Below are positions 49,834 through 63,850 of a DNA stretch of 63,850 nucleotides, one piece after another. A program made the translations under genes and the position numbers. A model generated the notes under the pieces. That model worked only from the letters and a program-made list of their open reading frames with translations. It ran no database searches and was not told where the DNA came from. The stretch's first letter is position 1; every line of letters begins with the position of its first letter. This DNA comes from Octopus bimaculoides (Eukaryota). The stretch covers positions 78,588,633 through 78,652,482 of the forward strand of contig NC_068983.1 of NCBI RefSeq assembly GCF_001194135.2, written 5' to 3'.

Positions 49834-50808
49834 NNNNNNNNNNNNNNNNNNNNNNNNNNNNNNNNNNNNNNNNNNNNNNNNNNNNNNNNNNNNNNNNNNN
49901 NNNNNNNNNNNNNNNNNNNNNNNNNNNNNNNNNNNNNNNNNNNNNNNNNNNNNNNNNNNNNNNNNNNNNNNNNNNNNNNNNNNNNNNNNNNNNNNNNNNN
50001 NNNNNNNNNNNNNNNNNNNNNNNNNNNNNNNNNNNNNNNNNNNNNNNNNNNNNNNNNNNNNNNNNNNNNNNNNNNNNNNNNNNNNNNNNNNNNNNNNNNN
50101 NNNNNNNNNNNNNNNNNNNNNNNNNNNNNNNNNNNNNNNNNNNNNNNNNNNNNNNNNNNNNNNNNNNNNNNNNNNNNNNNNNNNNNNNNNNNNNNNNNNN
50201 NNNNNNNNNNNNNNNNNNNNNNNNNNNNNNNNNNNNNNNNNNNNNNNNNNNNNNNNNNNNNNNNNNNNNNNNNNNNNNNNNNNNNNNNNNNNNNNNNNNN
50301 NNNNNNNNNNNNNNNNNNNNNNNNNNNNNNNNNNNNNNNNNNNNNNNNNNNNNNNNNNNNNNNNNNNNNNNNNNNNNNNNNNNNNNNNNNNNNNNNNNNN
50401 NNNNNNNNNNNNNNNNNNNNNNNNNNNNNNNNNNNNNNNNNNNNNNNNNNNNNNNNNNNNNNNNNNNNNNNNNNNNNNNNNNNNNNNNNNNNNNNNNNNN
50501 NNNNNNNNNNNNNNNNNNNNNNNNNNNNNNNNNNNNNNNNNNNNNNNNNNNNNNNNNNNNNNNNNNNNNNNNNNNNNNNNNNNNNNNNNNNNNNNNNNNN
50601 NNNNNNNNNNNNNNNNNNNNNNNNNNNNNNNNNNNNNNNNNNNNNNNNNNNNNNNNNNNNNNNNNNNNNNNNNNNNNNNNNNNNNNNNNNNNNNNNNNNN
50701 NNNNNNNNNNNNNNNNNNNNNNNNNNNNNNNNNNNNNNNNNNNNNNNNNNNNNNNNNNNNNNNNNNNNNNNNNNNNNNNNNNNNNNNNNNNNNNNNNNNN
50801 NNNNNNNN

Positions 50809-50902
<94 letters not shown>

Positions 50903-51291
50903 TATAATTTGGTATAAGATGAAAATTTCAGATATTTGTCTTAAACATTCAGTCAAGCAAATTCATAATTCAGATGCATGACATGAGATATTATTCCATT
51001 CAAATAACCACATATTTATATTAAGACATACATGATAAGACTATAGAAATATAAGAATATAAGCATAAAAAAATTAAAAATATATATAAGGAGTACCATG
51101 AAAGTATAAAATATAGTTAGAATAGCTTAAAGGAGGAGATTGAAAGGATCAGTCCAAACCTACATCTGTTCCGGAAAAGTTTTAAGGGGCTGTAGGAAAT
51201 AATCCGAATTCAATTCACTGTTTTATGTTTATTTTTATGGTGCTCCAGCATGGCCACAGCCTAATAATAGAAACAAGTAAAATAGACATAT

Positions 51292-51335
<44 letters not shown>

Positions 51336-52869
51336 CCATATAAAATATAGAGCATATCTTAACAAAATATAAAACTTGTCAGGAAATGCAACTCTGCAAA
51401 ACTTGCCACTCAATGCATATGCTTTCTCTCTCCACCCCAGCCATACACCTTTGCATACAACATCATCATGCAAATTTGTTTTCCATTTGAAACATTAATT
51501 GAATCTCAAAACACTGTGATGTAATCACATCTTCTCTTCGTAAACAACCAAAACACACCCTAAAATATCTCATCTGACAAACAAGCCAGCCACAACACAG
51601 CAGCAAAAAGAAATAAAATTGTATGTCTATTTTACAAAGTGATACTAGCTAAAGTTGACAAAGTGAAATTGGTATTCTATGCTAAAAGACTGTCCACTAT
51701 TGGAATGAAAGTATTATCTTGTAACTGTTTGTTTTATTATAACATATAAATAAGATAAAATTCTAAGGCAATCCAGTTATTACCATTTATCAGGCATTCT
51801 ATATCTAAGACAACATTATCCAAAATCTTTTGTTTTCAAGAAAAGAGGATGTAATTTAAAAGAAATTTCACTGCTACTGTTAGTAAATCAAGTAACCATG
51901 TAGTTGCTCCTTTGGTTATTTGTGGAGATGTTGCTATTCTTTATGTGCAGTGTATTAGTATTGCTATTTCTCTTCTATAGAAGTGTGTAAGTTCTATAAT
52001 TGTAGTTGTCCTCCTACTATGATTCTTGCTGCCATTTGTGAAAAGATTGCTATCTGCCTCATCCCAAAATGAGAGATTGCTATGTTGCTATTTTCCTCCA
52101 ACATACAAATCAATTCTTAAAAAAATAAAATTGTTTCTTTTAGTTACTGCCAATGTTACATGTCTACAAATACTGCAAAAAGTGATTCACATTTAACAGA
52201 AATCAATATTTCCCTTCTTTTATCATTAGAAAAAAAGGACCCTACCCACAAAATGTTAGAACTCTCCTTTACTAACATTACATAAATTTATCTTGTTTTA
52301 TGAATTGTGTGAATTGTGACTTTTTCTTTTTCATTTTTTTCCTGCAGATACAACACCACTTGTTTGTTTTGTTTTTTGTTTGTTTTTTTATTAGATTTGT
52401 TTATCGTTTTATCTATGCTCAGTGCTTCTAAACTCTTTGTTTATCAATAATAAAAATGACAATCTTCAATATTGGCCACTAATTTTTGACAGACTTATGT
52501 TAAACCAACCCCAGTTATCAGCATTACTTTACAACAGAAATTCCATTGATTGCATATCATCATTGAAACTTGTTAAATTTCATTCTAAATGAAAAGATCC
52601 ATTAAGTTATTATTAATAAACATATTGTTTTACCAAACTAACATGCTAGATTTCAATGATCCAATGAAGGTGTCTTTTACATTGTCATTCTGCCAATAAG
52701 AAAGATGATTGTGTCGGCGGTGACGGCAGCGGCAGCGGCAGCTGCAGGGGTGGTGACAGCAGCGGCGGTAGTGGTGGTGATGCTGATGATGATGATGAGG
52801 ATGAATAAACATAAGCAACCCTCTTAAAAATGAAATAGATTGACTGTAGAAAATGAAAAGGGTGAAGAC

Positions 52870-53120
52870 AGTGCCAGTTATTGCTGGGACTCCGGAGACA
52901 CTATCAGAAGATATTGAGAGGAATATAAAGGAAATGGGAACTGTGACAAAAGGTTTGCCTCCTTGGTATGGCCAGAATCATCAAGAAAGTACTAGATAGC
53001 TGAAGAGAACAGATAGCATGGTACCATAGGCTGCAGGTAGCAAGCTTGCTACTCATGCAAGACTCCAGGAGTTCCAACAAAACTTTATTTAAAAGAATAA
53101 TAATAACAATAATAATGTGC
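52870..53120 (+). mobile_element. Dong/R4 LINE 3' end with a (TAA)n tail
   Basis: VPVIAGTPETLSEDIERNIKEMGT and CLLGMARIIKKVLDS*, followed by (TAA)n. Confidence 0.7.
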
Positions 53121-53974
53121 TTATTATGATGCTCAGGTGCACTACAACTTTTGGAAAAGAGTAAAAAGGGGAGAGAAAAGCAACAATACATCAAGTAAAG
53201 AAAGACAAATATAAAAGCCAAAAGTACATGCATAGCAGACAGGATAACACTAAAAGACAGAAAAGGGAAGAGTAAAAGGGCTATAAAGAGGAAAGTGCTC
53301 GCAAATTTTGGAAAGCATGGAATATTTGAAGGATGCAGTGTCCTGACAGCTAAGAACTACCACAAGATTTTTATTCCATACTTTGATAATTTCGAGCATG
53401 AAAGAATATTTCTAAAAGTCATAGGTGCTGTGCTGTTTTTTTTTTTTTTTAATCTTATAAAAAGGAAGGACACATTGGATAATGTAGTACATGATATTCA
53501 TAATGATAGGACAATCTTGCTCAGAATATCTTTGATAATAGGACAATTTGATGAAGGCTAACTTAGGGCTAAACATCAATGACTTCTAGAAGAGTTCAAA
53601 GTAAAAATATGGGATAATGTATAGAAAAATCTCAAGAAACCACATATTTGTTTAGAAAAGTATTAAAAGAAGAGGCAGCAACCATGACCTTTTCCTACTT
53701 TCTAAACTACAAAATAAGGCTGATGGAATAAATGTTTGGTTTGAATTATTGCAATAAAAAAAAGGTAATAGAATTGGTTGGGAAAAAATTCTTCTTATAC
53801 AAAAAGAAAGGTAGAAATATGATCTTTTTTAAAACTGAACAATTAGTAGAATATTGAACCTTGTGGGTTTTTCTGTTATCTTCATTTACTTTCAATATTC
53901 AAATTTCATTGCAAGGTCCACTTTGCCTTTTATCCTTGCAATGTCAAGATATAAGCATTGGTTGAATAAATAAA

Positions 53975-54190
53975 TACTGATTTCAAATTTTGGCACAAAG
54001 CCAGCAATTTTGAGGGAGGGGTAAATTGATTACATCAACCTCATTGTTCATCTGGTATTTATTTTATCAGCCCTGAAAGGATGAAAGGCAAAGCTGACCT
54101 TGGTAGAATTTGAACTCAGAACATAAAGACAGATGAAATGCCAGTAAGCATTTTGCCAGCACACTAATGATTCTACCAGCTCACTGCCTT
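53975..54190 (-). mobile_element. SINE (ttctgagttcaaat family)
   Basis: ccctgaaaggatgaaaggcaaagctgaccttggtagaatttgaactcagaac. Confidence 0.85.
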
Positions 54191-54914
54191 GAATAAGTAA
54201 ATAATAACTTGATGTAAATGACCATACATATCTCAGTGGTACTCTATCATAGTCAGAGTTCAACGACAGAAACCAGTAAACTAATTAAAGAACATCTCTC
54301 ACTGAGACTTTCTATCTCAAGCTACAGAAGTATGTCTCTACCCAGTCTCAAAAATGAAAGAAGAAAAGAAAAGGCCGTTCTCTCTATCTTAACAATTTTA
54401 GCAACCATCTGCAGTATTTCCAAGATAATAGATACCTTATTAATTTGCACCATCATTTTGTATCTCTTTTTCTCCCTAGCAACTACGACACATGTTCAAA
54501 CAGTCCACATTAATAAAGATGTCTTGTTTTGTCAAACACTAATAGTGATGTCTTCCTGTATCTGTCATACTGGATTTTAAATAAGTCAAACATGGAAATT
54601 CTTGACAATAGTATCAACTTTGCAAACTTAAATCATTTGAATTAGAAATCTCTTTATAAGTTACTCCTTTACATCTATGTTTATCTGGAGCCCTTTAATC
54701 AATTAACAAACACGTTAGAGATGTAGCAGTCTATTAACACTTTCCCAACATATACTTTCTTCTCTATATCAATGAAATCTTCTGAGATATATGAGCTATA
54801 TACAGTTTTAAATTAATGATCTCGCCTTTCATATAAACAATACATTTATGTCTGTGGTTATTCTTTATATACAAATCAGTTCTCAATAGAATAATAATCC
54901 TTTCTGCTATAGGC

Positions 54915-55105
54915 ATAAGGCTTGAAATTTTGGGGGCGGGGGTAAGTCAATTACATCAACACCAATACTCAACTGGTATTTAATTTATTGACCTCAAAAG
55001 GATGTAATGCAAAGTCGACCTTGGCAGAATTTGAACTCAGAATATAGTAGCAGACGAAATACCGCAAAGCATTTCGCCCGGCATGTTAACAGTTCTGCCA
55101 GCTTT
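54915..55105 (-). mobile_element. SINE (same family)
   Basis: aaagtcgaccttggcagaatttgaactcagaat...gaaataccgcaaagcatttcgcccggc. Confidence 0.85.
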
Positions 55106-56393
55106 CCACTTATTTCAACAATAACAGAATAATAATGCTCCAATGTGGTCTTAACTATAATGGACACAAGAAACAAAAGAACTAAGTAATAATAAAATTT
55201 TAGGCAAAAACAAGCTAAATGTCTATGTGACATGTCTTATAATCAAGACAGAAAGCAATTTGAACCTTTATAGGATCTCTAAGACTAGGAGTGGGTAAGG
55301 ACAGAGGAAGGAATCCTCAATCTGGTGAATTGACCTAAATTCTTGCAACAGTGCGTACTCTGCTAAATGCACCCAAGGAGCAAGGTCGTGGTGTTAATGT
55401 ATGTGACAGATTAAATCTACCACCAAGTAGGACATAGTGAGATTTGAACTTAGAATTTAAAAAAATTGAGCAAATACGGCAAAGTATCCACTATCTTGAA
55501 TTGGTACCTTTTTTAATTACCTCCAAAAGTATGAGATTAATGCTGATACTTCATTAGAATTTGAACTCAGGGTGTAGAGTGCCAGGACATATATAATGTG
55601 GCATTTCTACCCATCCCTCCCACAACTTTGCCAATTTATTACCTGGAAGTTATTACTGCCTTGTTAGCAGTTACCCCTATACTAAAATTGTACCTTACAG
55701 CTTGAAGAATTATTGTACAGTAACCTTGCACCAAAAAAAGAAAATGTCTATTTGGTAGGAAAGCCTTCTTCAGTATTTAAATGGGGAACCAAATGCTTGA
55801 AGTCCCTAATCATAAACCAATATGACACTAATTAAATGTTAATTGAATGCTGAAGTTTGATAAAACTGCATGTCTGATATTCAGGTCTTTTGAGCGGCAC
55901 TTTAATTTTTGATCACAGATCTCATACTTCTCATCTAAAAACCTTTTCAAATACACCTACGGATTCAAACAACAATTATATGCAATTGTTTCTGCCTGAG
56001 GAGCTTGTGAAGACCTATTGCAAACAATTTTCTTGCATGGTTCTGTGTTTAAATATTTAAAAAAATCCGTAACAAAAAACTGCTATTCCTAATGTGAACA
56101 GACCTCTAGACAGTTTCTCAATCTAACCAGTTTTATATCCTACTGTGTAAATGCAACCATATCAAATGATGAAGATTTCTTCAATATATATGAAGTCATA
56201 CAACATAGGATATGTAAAAACAAAGCTATGTATTTGTACATGCAAGTTTGTAAAGATATTGCATGCATATATAAATACTACAAACGCATGTGAATAATGG
56301 ATGGTTATTGTGTAATCTGATATATCACATTTATGTTCTTGCATATATATTCTCTTTCTTAGATTTATTTTGTACCTTAAGGGCATATCCTCA

Positions 56394-56430
<37 letters not shown>

Positions 56431-56926
56431 CCCTTTCCTCTCTTTTCCCAGCTGGAAAAACTATGTATCTTCTCTTTAGCAAGACACCTGTCCCTGTCCC
56501 TCAATTATACTCTCTCCTTCCTCAACACAATTCCTCCCCCTCATTTGAAGACTCTTCTCATGGGAATTACTCAGTGGCTTCACTAGTGTCAGTACCATGC
56601 ACCCTGTACTTTGTGTAAAATGGTTGGCATCAGAAACCATGCCAGAGGAGACATTAGTTCTCAGAGCAGTCTTCTAGCTTGTCAGTTCCTGTTCAGCTGT
56701 CCAACTTATGCCACTGTGGAAAATGTACATTAGGCTATGACGAAAATGGTGATGATAATATATATAATAATATAATGGTGATGACATATAATGTTGATAT
56801 ATAATGTGATTTTGAATGTTTTTGCATTTTCTCTACATCCATAAACACACATATATACATACATGTACACAAACACATGATACTATATAAAAGGGGGCAG
56901 TGTGAAAGACTAGGATGATTGTATGT

Positions 56927-56984
<58 letters not shown>

Positions 56985-58733
56985 GTGTGTATGTATTTAA
57001 ATACAGCTAGGTGTGTGTGAATATATGCATATGTATGTGCATAATTCCACATGTATATTGTATTGGTATGTATGCATGCATGTGTATTTGTGTGAAAGAG
57101 CATGTGTCAAGTTCTTAAATTTCAAATCTATGATTTATAACCAGTTTGGCCTTTCCAATGTATCAGATTTGGAGATCAGTGTCAAAGTTAGATTTCATGA
57201 TGTACTCAATAGAGATAAAACTTTCAAGAGTTATATAATGCCACAATATAAGAGGATGAATTAGTAAATAGTATGTATCAGTTGTCTGAGATTTTCAGAA
57301 CACCTGAAGCTAAGAATTATCTGTAGAACAGACAAGTCCAAAAATAAAATTTAAATGTACAATGGTAGAATTAAAAGAGTTCTTGAAATAGATAGAAGAG
57401 CAGAGTACATTATAATTATAGATGTATTCTGCAAGGATTGGCAGACACAGAAAAGCACCAGACTAAGTGTCTCATAGTATTTATATTCTTAAGACCAATA
57501 GTGGCCGAAATAATAGAGTAATATATGGTATTTAGTTACCTCTATATACATTCTGATTTCAAATCCTAACCAGGGTCAACTTCCTCACTCTGATGTCAAA
57601 AATGAATAAGGAAATTAATAAATACTGGTCATTAACTAAAGGTTATTATGGTGGCTAGATACAATTTTCTACAAATGTGTAAGCCTTGTACTAATATAAG
57701 AACTCAAAATTAGGATTATTCTTAAAAGCGATGAATTAGAATTGTATAACATTTAGGATTTTTATTTTCTTTCTTCTGCAGTTTTTTTTTTTTCTCTGTA
57801 CCATATTTCAGATAAATGATAAAATATTATGTTACCATGCAGTTTTCTAATTTTCCTGCTTAATAGATTTTCATATCTAAACTATCAAGTGCTGTTTTAA
57901 GATTCTTCTCTAGATTTATCAAGAAAATAAACACTGAGATGGCAGTTAAATATTCTGTTGCCTTAAATATGAACCAAATATGTAGATATAAACTGAAGAA
58001 TGACATTACAGCTTGCAAAATATTCAAGTGCTTTGAAAATTGTGCTATAGTCTTTTATTTTATGTATGTTTTTTTATTTTTACTTTGGAGTAGATTTATT
58101 AATTCCAAACATTTCTCACATTACACAAGTGATATTTTGTTTATGAGAAAACTTATTCTAAAATAAGGAATAGGAATATTTGCCTGAAACAGTACAAGAT
58201 CATTGGAATTCTCACTTGGTTTTGCTTTGTTCATATTTCTAGATAAGTTTAAGAGACATAGCTATCCAGCATTTATATGATTCTCAAATCTGTGAAAATC
58301 TAGTTGAGAGATATTTTAGGTTTAAATAATCTGATACATTTTATTGGAAATGTAACTGTTCAATCCATAGCAACTGTAAAACTTTAGCAACAACAGTCAT
58401 ATGTTGAGAGAAAAATAAGGTTTATTGAACAGTTCCATGAGAAATACTTTGTCTTGGTTTTGTTGTCTTTTCATTTCACAATTGCAAAAACCATTCTAAA
58501 AAGTAAGAACATTAATTTTGCAGCAGTAAGTTCAGTTAGTATACATAACATAAGAGACCAAAGTAAACTATAAAGAACATTTCTGAACTGTCATTAATAT
58601 TTATGAACATTTGGAATTTTGCTTAGATGCCCATACATAAATGTGTATGGATTTATGCAGATCCAGAGACACCGAGATGTACATTAATATTGAAAAATGC
58701 AATTCAAATACACACATACACACATATATTTAT

Positions 58734-58774
<41 letters not shown>

Positions 58775-58798
58775 CTCTCTCACACACACACACACACA

Positions 58799-58829
<31 letters not shown>

Positions 58830-59444
58830 TTGTGTTTGTGTGTGTGTAGAGAGAGAGAGACAGAGAGAGAACTTTATATATATAAAGCTATCAGCATCAA
58901 AATCTTGTTAATATGTTTTGAGAAAGAAAATGAATTCCTCAGTATTGCATTTCAAATGTTCATTTCATTGTCAGTACAATGTATACTGAACTAAGTTGAC
59001 TTCCTTGCTTGTTAATATATTTCTATATTTTGTTTCATATATTCATATATTCATTTATTCAGTTATTTAAATATTTTATTGAAAGATCATTCAGTTTATT
59101 TATAATTGTAATACATTGTTATAAAACAATAACTAAATAACAGTTTCAACAGCCTTAATGGTTTTGCAACAATCAAATGAAAGTATATATGAGTATATGT
59201 GTTCGTGAATAAGTGTGTATGTGTAAGTGTGTGGTTAGTGAAAGTATTATTATACAGAGTTCAATAAAGAATCTTAATGATTTTGTGTTTTTTTAATGAA
59301 TGCAATGTTGACCAGTATAGGATAGTAACTGCTTATTGTCAATGGAACAATGCATCCTATTCTTAAATATATAAATAACACATAAGTAACTTTACATTTA
59401 ATTTTGAAAACACCATCATTCAAAAGGCAACAAGATGACAGAAT

Positions 59445-59630
59445 CATTAGCCTGTTGGACAATGTTTGGTAGTATTTCATTTGTTCTTACATTCTGAGTT
59501 CAAATTCCACCAAGGTTGACTTTGTCTTTCATTCTTTCAGGAATTGATGAAATAAGTACCATTCAAGCACTGGAGTCATATTATCAATTAATATCCTCCC
59601 ACAAAATTTCAGGCTTTGTACCTATAATAT
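59445..59630 (+). mobile_element. SINE (same family)
   Basis: ttctgagttcaaattccaccaaggttgactttg...aataagtacc...aaaatttcaggctttgtacc. Confidence 0.8.
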
Positions 59631-59669
59631 AAGGATTATAAGTATTATTTTGTATATTTATATATATAT

Positions 59670-59950
59670 GTAGCCTAACCTGGAACTTCTGTATTGCATA
59701 TTGCATGGTGTCTTGAGGTATAGCTTTTATTTTCCCAACAGCAGCTTTCATTTCATCTGACGAGTGAGCTTTACTAATGAACACTTTCCCTTTGAGGTTG
59801 CCCAAAAGAAATAATCACAAACTAAAAGGTTAGGGCAATCAATCAGGTTGTGCTTACTGCACTGGGAGATGACATGATTATTAAACATATCTTTAATAAC
59901 ATTTATGAAGCTCTTGTTGTACACCACAGCCACACCTTTTCAATCTGGTA
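59670..59950 (-). mobile_element. Tc1/mariner transposase C-terminal relic
   Basis: CPNLLVCDYFFW then GNLKGKVFISKAHSSDEMKAAV..IKAIPQDTMQYAIQKFQVRL. Confidence 0.7.
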
Positions 59951-60624
59951 AACAGTAATGAGTAATATAAACACATAACAAACAGATGCCTACACTCATC
60001 AAAGGATTTCGGACCTATTACAAGAAAATTTGTGACACAGCACAATACTTTTGCATATTCATATTGAAGGGGATATTCATGAGGTTATCATGGATCGCTT
60101 GGCATCTAATAAGAGGGCCATAATAATACAACAAGGCAATGGAGGCGGATATGCATTTCATCACTCATAAAACAAATCAGATTGCCAGTTTGTATTCTGA
60201 TTATGTTTCCTATAATCATTTCCAAGCATTCCCAATTTTCAGTCTTTATTAAATATTGACTGCCAAAATTGTAATTATTAAGATATACATATGTATATAA
60301 ATATAAGCTCTCTCTCTCTCTCTCACTTATTAACTAATTATTCTTATCTATACCATCTGTTTAAATCTATATCTATAAGCAGCAGTGTTTGTCTGGTTGT
60401 CCTGAAGCAATTCTGCAGTTTCTCAAAGAACTTTTTATCAAAATTTGCATAAATTTCCAAAATCATCCAAGAATAATGCATGAAGGAAAAAATGGGGTTT
60501 GAAGGTCTCACACAGACACAGAGACACACACACACACACACACACACAGATACATACCTTTGAGCGTGGTAAAATGTCACCATGACAACAGCTAATAGAT
60601 GTCATTATTGCTCATAAATAATAG

Positions 60625-60830
60625 GGGCAAGTTGGCAGAATCTTTAGTACATTGGACAAAATGTGTAGCCACAAATCTTCTGGCTCTCTATGTTTTCAGT
60701 TCAAACACTACCAATGTCTCCTTTTGCTTTCGACCATTCAGAGTTGATACAATAGAGTACCAATCAAGTACAGAAATCAATGTAACCCCTATCCCTAAAA
60801 TAGCTAGCCCTGTGCTAAAATTTGAAATAA
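60625..60830 (+). mobile_element. Degraded SINE (same family)
   Basis: ggcaagttggcagaatc...ttttcagttcaaacactacc...aaatttgaaataatt. Confidence 0.65.
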
Positions 60831-61059
60831 TTATGATAAATAGATAGTCTTTCAATTTCTACATTTTCATTGAATGTTTCATTGCAAATAAGACTGCCTT
60901 TCTAACATAAAATTTAATATCTTAAAACCAGTTAAATTAAATGATATAAATTAATAAAAAATTTAAAAAATAAAAACTTGTTTCTTCACATATGTATGTA
61001 TGCATTTATGTATGTATGTATCTATCTATATTCTCATCTACTGTTAATTATTTGAATTC

Positions 61060-61555
61060 TTCCTCTGAGGAAGAAGTTGGTTTCTAATAAAGATACAAAA
61101 CTCCCTCAATGGAATGTAGATGACAAAAATAATATCACATTTTAAACTTGAGAAAATTTATGCATATTTTTACTGTTTCACTTACAGATTCTAGTTGTAA
61201 TGTGCAAGTTAGTTGGTTGACTTTTTGAAAACCCTAGCTTATCCAAATTGTCACCTTGGCATTTATTCACAAAATCAAGTGCATCGATTATAAATGTGAA
61301 TATATAATTCAGATATAGAAGCTGGAAGTTTCAATGCAGTTATCCATAGTTAACTTCTTTCTCTTTGATTTTGAATGAGATATTCACATCAGCAAGCTAT
61401 CTGACCTCAATATCAGTACATTTTTTTTTTTGCTTGTCTCAAACAACAATATTCAGCCTGTTATGTTTACACTTGACAGATGTTTTGATGGGATGTTCCA
61501 CCAGTATTCCTAGTGTTGATGTTTGTGTATGTATTCAATAACAGGGGAGTTCTTT
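61060..61555 (-). mobile_element. Dong/R4-like LINE 3' relic, third copy
   Basis: Minus strand VIEYIHKHQH*EYWWNIP..TSVKCKHNRLNIVV, DVNISFKIKEKEVNYG, LDKLGFSK; homologous to 3130-3600. Confidence 0.75.
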
Positions 61556-61566
61556 ATATCTCTCAC

Positions 61567-62410
61567 CTGCATCTGTGTTGCTGTGAAGGTCATATCCCTA
61601 GTAACACTACCAGAATGGAAGTCACATTCTGATTCAGACAGGACATCTTTTATTCAGGCAGGCAAGTCATCTTCCCTACACCAAAACACCCAAGAGAGTT
61701 CAATGTTTGCCCATCTGTTCCAACACTAGCATTGAAATTCGAGAATGATTTTGTCTGACTTCGGGATTTTCCTGATTACAGCTTTCAGCAGGGCATAGAA
61801 AGTTGTTTTATCTTCATCAGAACTGGCCAGAGTAGGTGTATAGCACTTATCAGAGTAGCAAGTTGCCCATCTTTTAAGTGCAGACACAGAGTCACCAAAT
61901 GGTCGTTTATAGTTATAGGAAGCTCCTCCATTTCTTGAGTAGAATATGGATTTTGTTCCAGTTTTCATTAATTTAACTTTTGATACTGGATAGAACCTCC
62001 TTGTGGAAAATATTTGGCAAACTTGGTTGTCCAAATCATTTTGTATCAATAATAAAATCATTTCATGATGGGATGGAGGTATGGGTCAATGTCAGTGGTG
62101 GCATGGCAGGACCCACATTTCTAGAGATTGGTGTCAAGCAAGGTGACATCCTTTTCTCAACTCTCTTTTCTTTCTATTTTACTGCTACTTTCATTCATTC
62201 ATTTGCTGTGGATTGCTCTTCTGGGACATATGTAAGTTACTGAACTGGTAGTCTCTTCAATTTGTGCCAATTTACTGCTAATTGAAAAGGTTTTCAGTCT
62301 CTTATTTGTGACTTTCTATATGCAGGTAATTGTAACTTAGTTGCTCATACATTCTCATGGATCATATTTTTACACCTTGCAAGGCATTTGGACTCACTGT
62401 TGAGGGGCAA
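61567..62410. mobile_element. BovB-like RTE relic with an inverted 5' part
   Basis: Minus 61998-61567 carries APE (CYTPTLASSDEDKTTFYALL..IPKSDKII) then RT (DVLSESECDFHSGSVTRDMTFTATQMQ). Plus 61999-62410 carries LWKIFGKLGCPNHFVSIIKSFHDGM..GVKQGD..LF. Confidence 0.8.
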
Positions 62411-62479
62411 ACACAAACACAAAGAGAAACATGCACATACACACTCACACACATATGTATAGATAAATATGTTAGGGCC

Positions 62480-62670
62480 ACATAAAAAGCATCCAGTATA
62501 CTCTGTAAAGTGGTTGGTGCTGGGAAGGTAATCCAGCCATAGAAACCAACTGGAGTCTTGTGCAGCTCCCTGACTTGCCAGCTCTTTGTCAAACCATCCA
62601 ACCCATTCCACAATAGAAAATGGATGTTAATAATGTTGATGACGACGGCGACGACGATGATGATGATGAT
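62480..62670 (+). mobile_element. RTE-type tail
   Basis: gtcaaaccatccaacccattccacaatagaaaatggatgttaataatgttgatgacg. Confidence 0.75.
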
Positions 62671-62677
62671 ATATGTA

Positions 62678-62871
62678 TGAGGGGATGCTGAAAGTTCTTT
62701 TGGCTTTAAGGCCTAGCTGGAGGCCCAACCTTCCAAGCTCTTTTACAGGGCTTAGAAAAACTGAAAGACTACTGCAATAAGTGTGTGAATCTGAGAAGAG
62801 AATATGCTGAATGAAAACATAATTAACTGATTCTCCTGTATTTTCTTTCAAAACATTTCAGCACCCCCTCA
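62678..62871 (+). mobile_element. 194-bp mariner-derived MITE
   Basis: TIRs tgaggggatgctgaaa / tttcagcaccccctca with TA on both sides; the interior resembles a mariner transposase C-terminal end. Confidence 0.85.
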
Positions 62872-62921
62872 TACATGTGTATGTGTGTGTGTGTGTGCAT
62901 GTGTATACAAGCATACAAGCA

Positions 62922-62968
<47 letters not shown>

Positions 62969-63009
62969 ATGTGCGTGTGTGTGTGTGTGTGTGTGCACAA
63001 GAACGTTTT

Positions 63010-63165
63010 TCAAATTCCACCTATGAAATCTATGCACAAGGCTTCGTTCAGCCTGAGGCCATAGCAGAAAACTAGGAGACACTTACCCAAGGTGCCAAGC
63101 AATGGGACTGAACGAGTAACCATGTGGTTTGGAAGCAAACTTCTTGCCACATGGCCACACCATAT
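63010..63165 (-). mobile_element. SINE head fragment
   Basis: cacttacccaaggtgccaagcaatgggactgaac...ggaagcaaacttcttgccacatggccacacc. Confidence 0.75.
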
Positions 63166-63786
63166 TGATGGAATTGAAAAAAAAATGTATTCTTTGTTGT
63201 TTTGTTAGCTTTTAATTTCTATGTCTCACCATTATCATCATTATTATTTAACCATCCACTTTTCTATGCTCGCATAGATGAGTTGAAATTTCTGTTGATG
63301 AAAATATGAATTTCACTATATTAAGTCAATTCCTTTTTGCCATAAAAAAAAAGAAGAATATCAAGACTTCATCTGAAAACACATACAAATTATTCTGTTA
63401 TTTGTTTAATGTTAATATTGTTGTTCTTTTTTTTCTTTTCTTTTCTTTTCTTTTTATTTTTCATGTTAGAGTTTTTGTAGTGACTTGTACAATGTATGAA
63501 GGATTCTGAGTCAGAATCTGCTGACTATAGTCACAGAAAAGTGAAGAGATTAGTTCTAACTTCCTCAACAGCCAAACACTTCATTTTCATCTTACACCAC
63601 TTCCTTTAAACATTAAGTGTTTACCCAGTATTATGTAGTATGTGCTTGCCAGTATTGCTGTATGTGAATATGCATACATAAATGCAAAAATACACACACA
63701 TACACACGCATACTTATATATGTATACATATATATGTGCGCATATAAATATATATACATGTATATGTATTTGTATATAATGCGTAA

Positions 63787-63850
<64 letters not shown>

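Noticed and set aside
49621-50956. Long ORFs of 250-430 aa here and at 21835-24786
   Set aside because: They consist of N gaps and (TA)n translations.

Overview
AT-rich, microsatellite-dense animal genomic DNA with eight N gaps, most of them at (TA)n tracts. The repeat repertoire (tRNA-derived SINEs, RTE tails ending in (GAT)n) resembles octopus repeats as I remember them, so the taxon is an inference. I can support no host protein-coding gene, rRNA, tRNA or CRISPR array; most long ORFs in the track are microsatellite or gap artefacts. The window is a transposon graveyard. It holds Penelope-like elements (PLEs), RTE, Dong/R4, HERO-like and CR1 LINE relics, a near full-length Tc1, mariner relics and a MITE, Tigger/Jerky, Helitron and Gypsy fragments, and many SINEs. 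The best lead is a minus-strand PLE fragment (566-2131) missed by the ORF track. Its 304-codon frame has no frameshifts and reads as a GIY-YIG endonuclease whose two motif halves are separated by about 160 low-complexity residues, with a hammerhead-ribozyme fold at its 3' end. Other leads are a second hammerhead with an intact core (42115-42180), a PHD finger inside an RTE reverse transcriptase, a twin-priming-like inverted RTE, and a fold-back repeat with two alternative pairing arms. All calls were made by eye from motifs, with no database search or folding software, and most boundaries are approximate.
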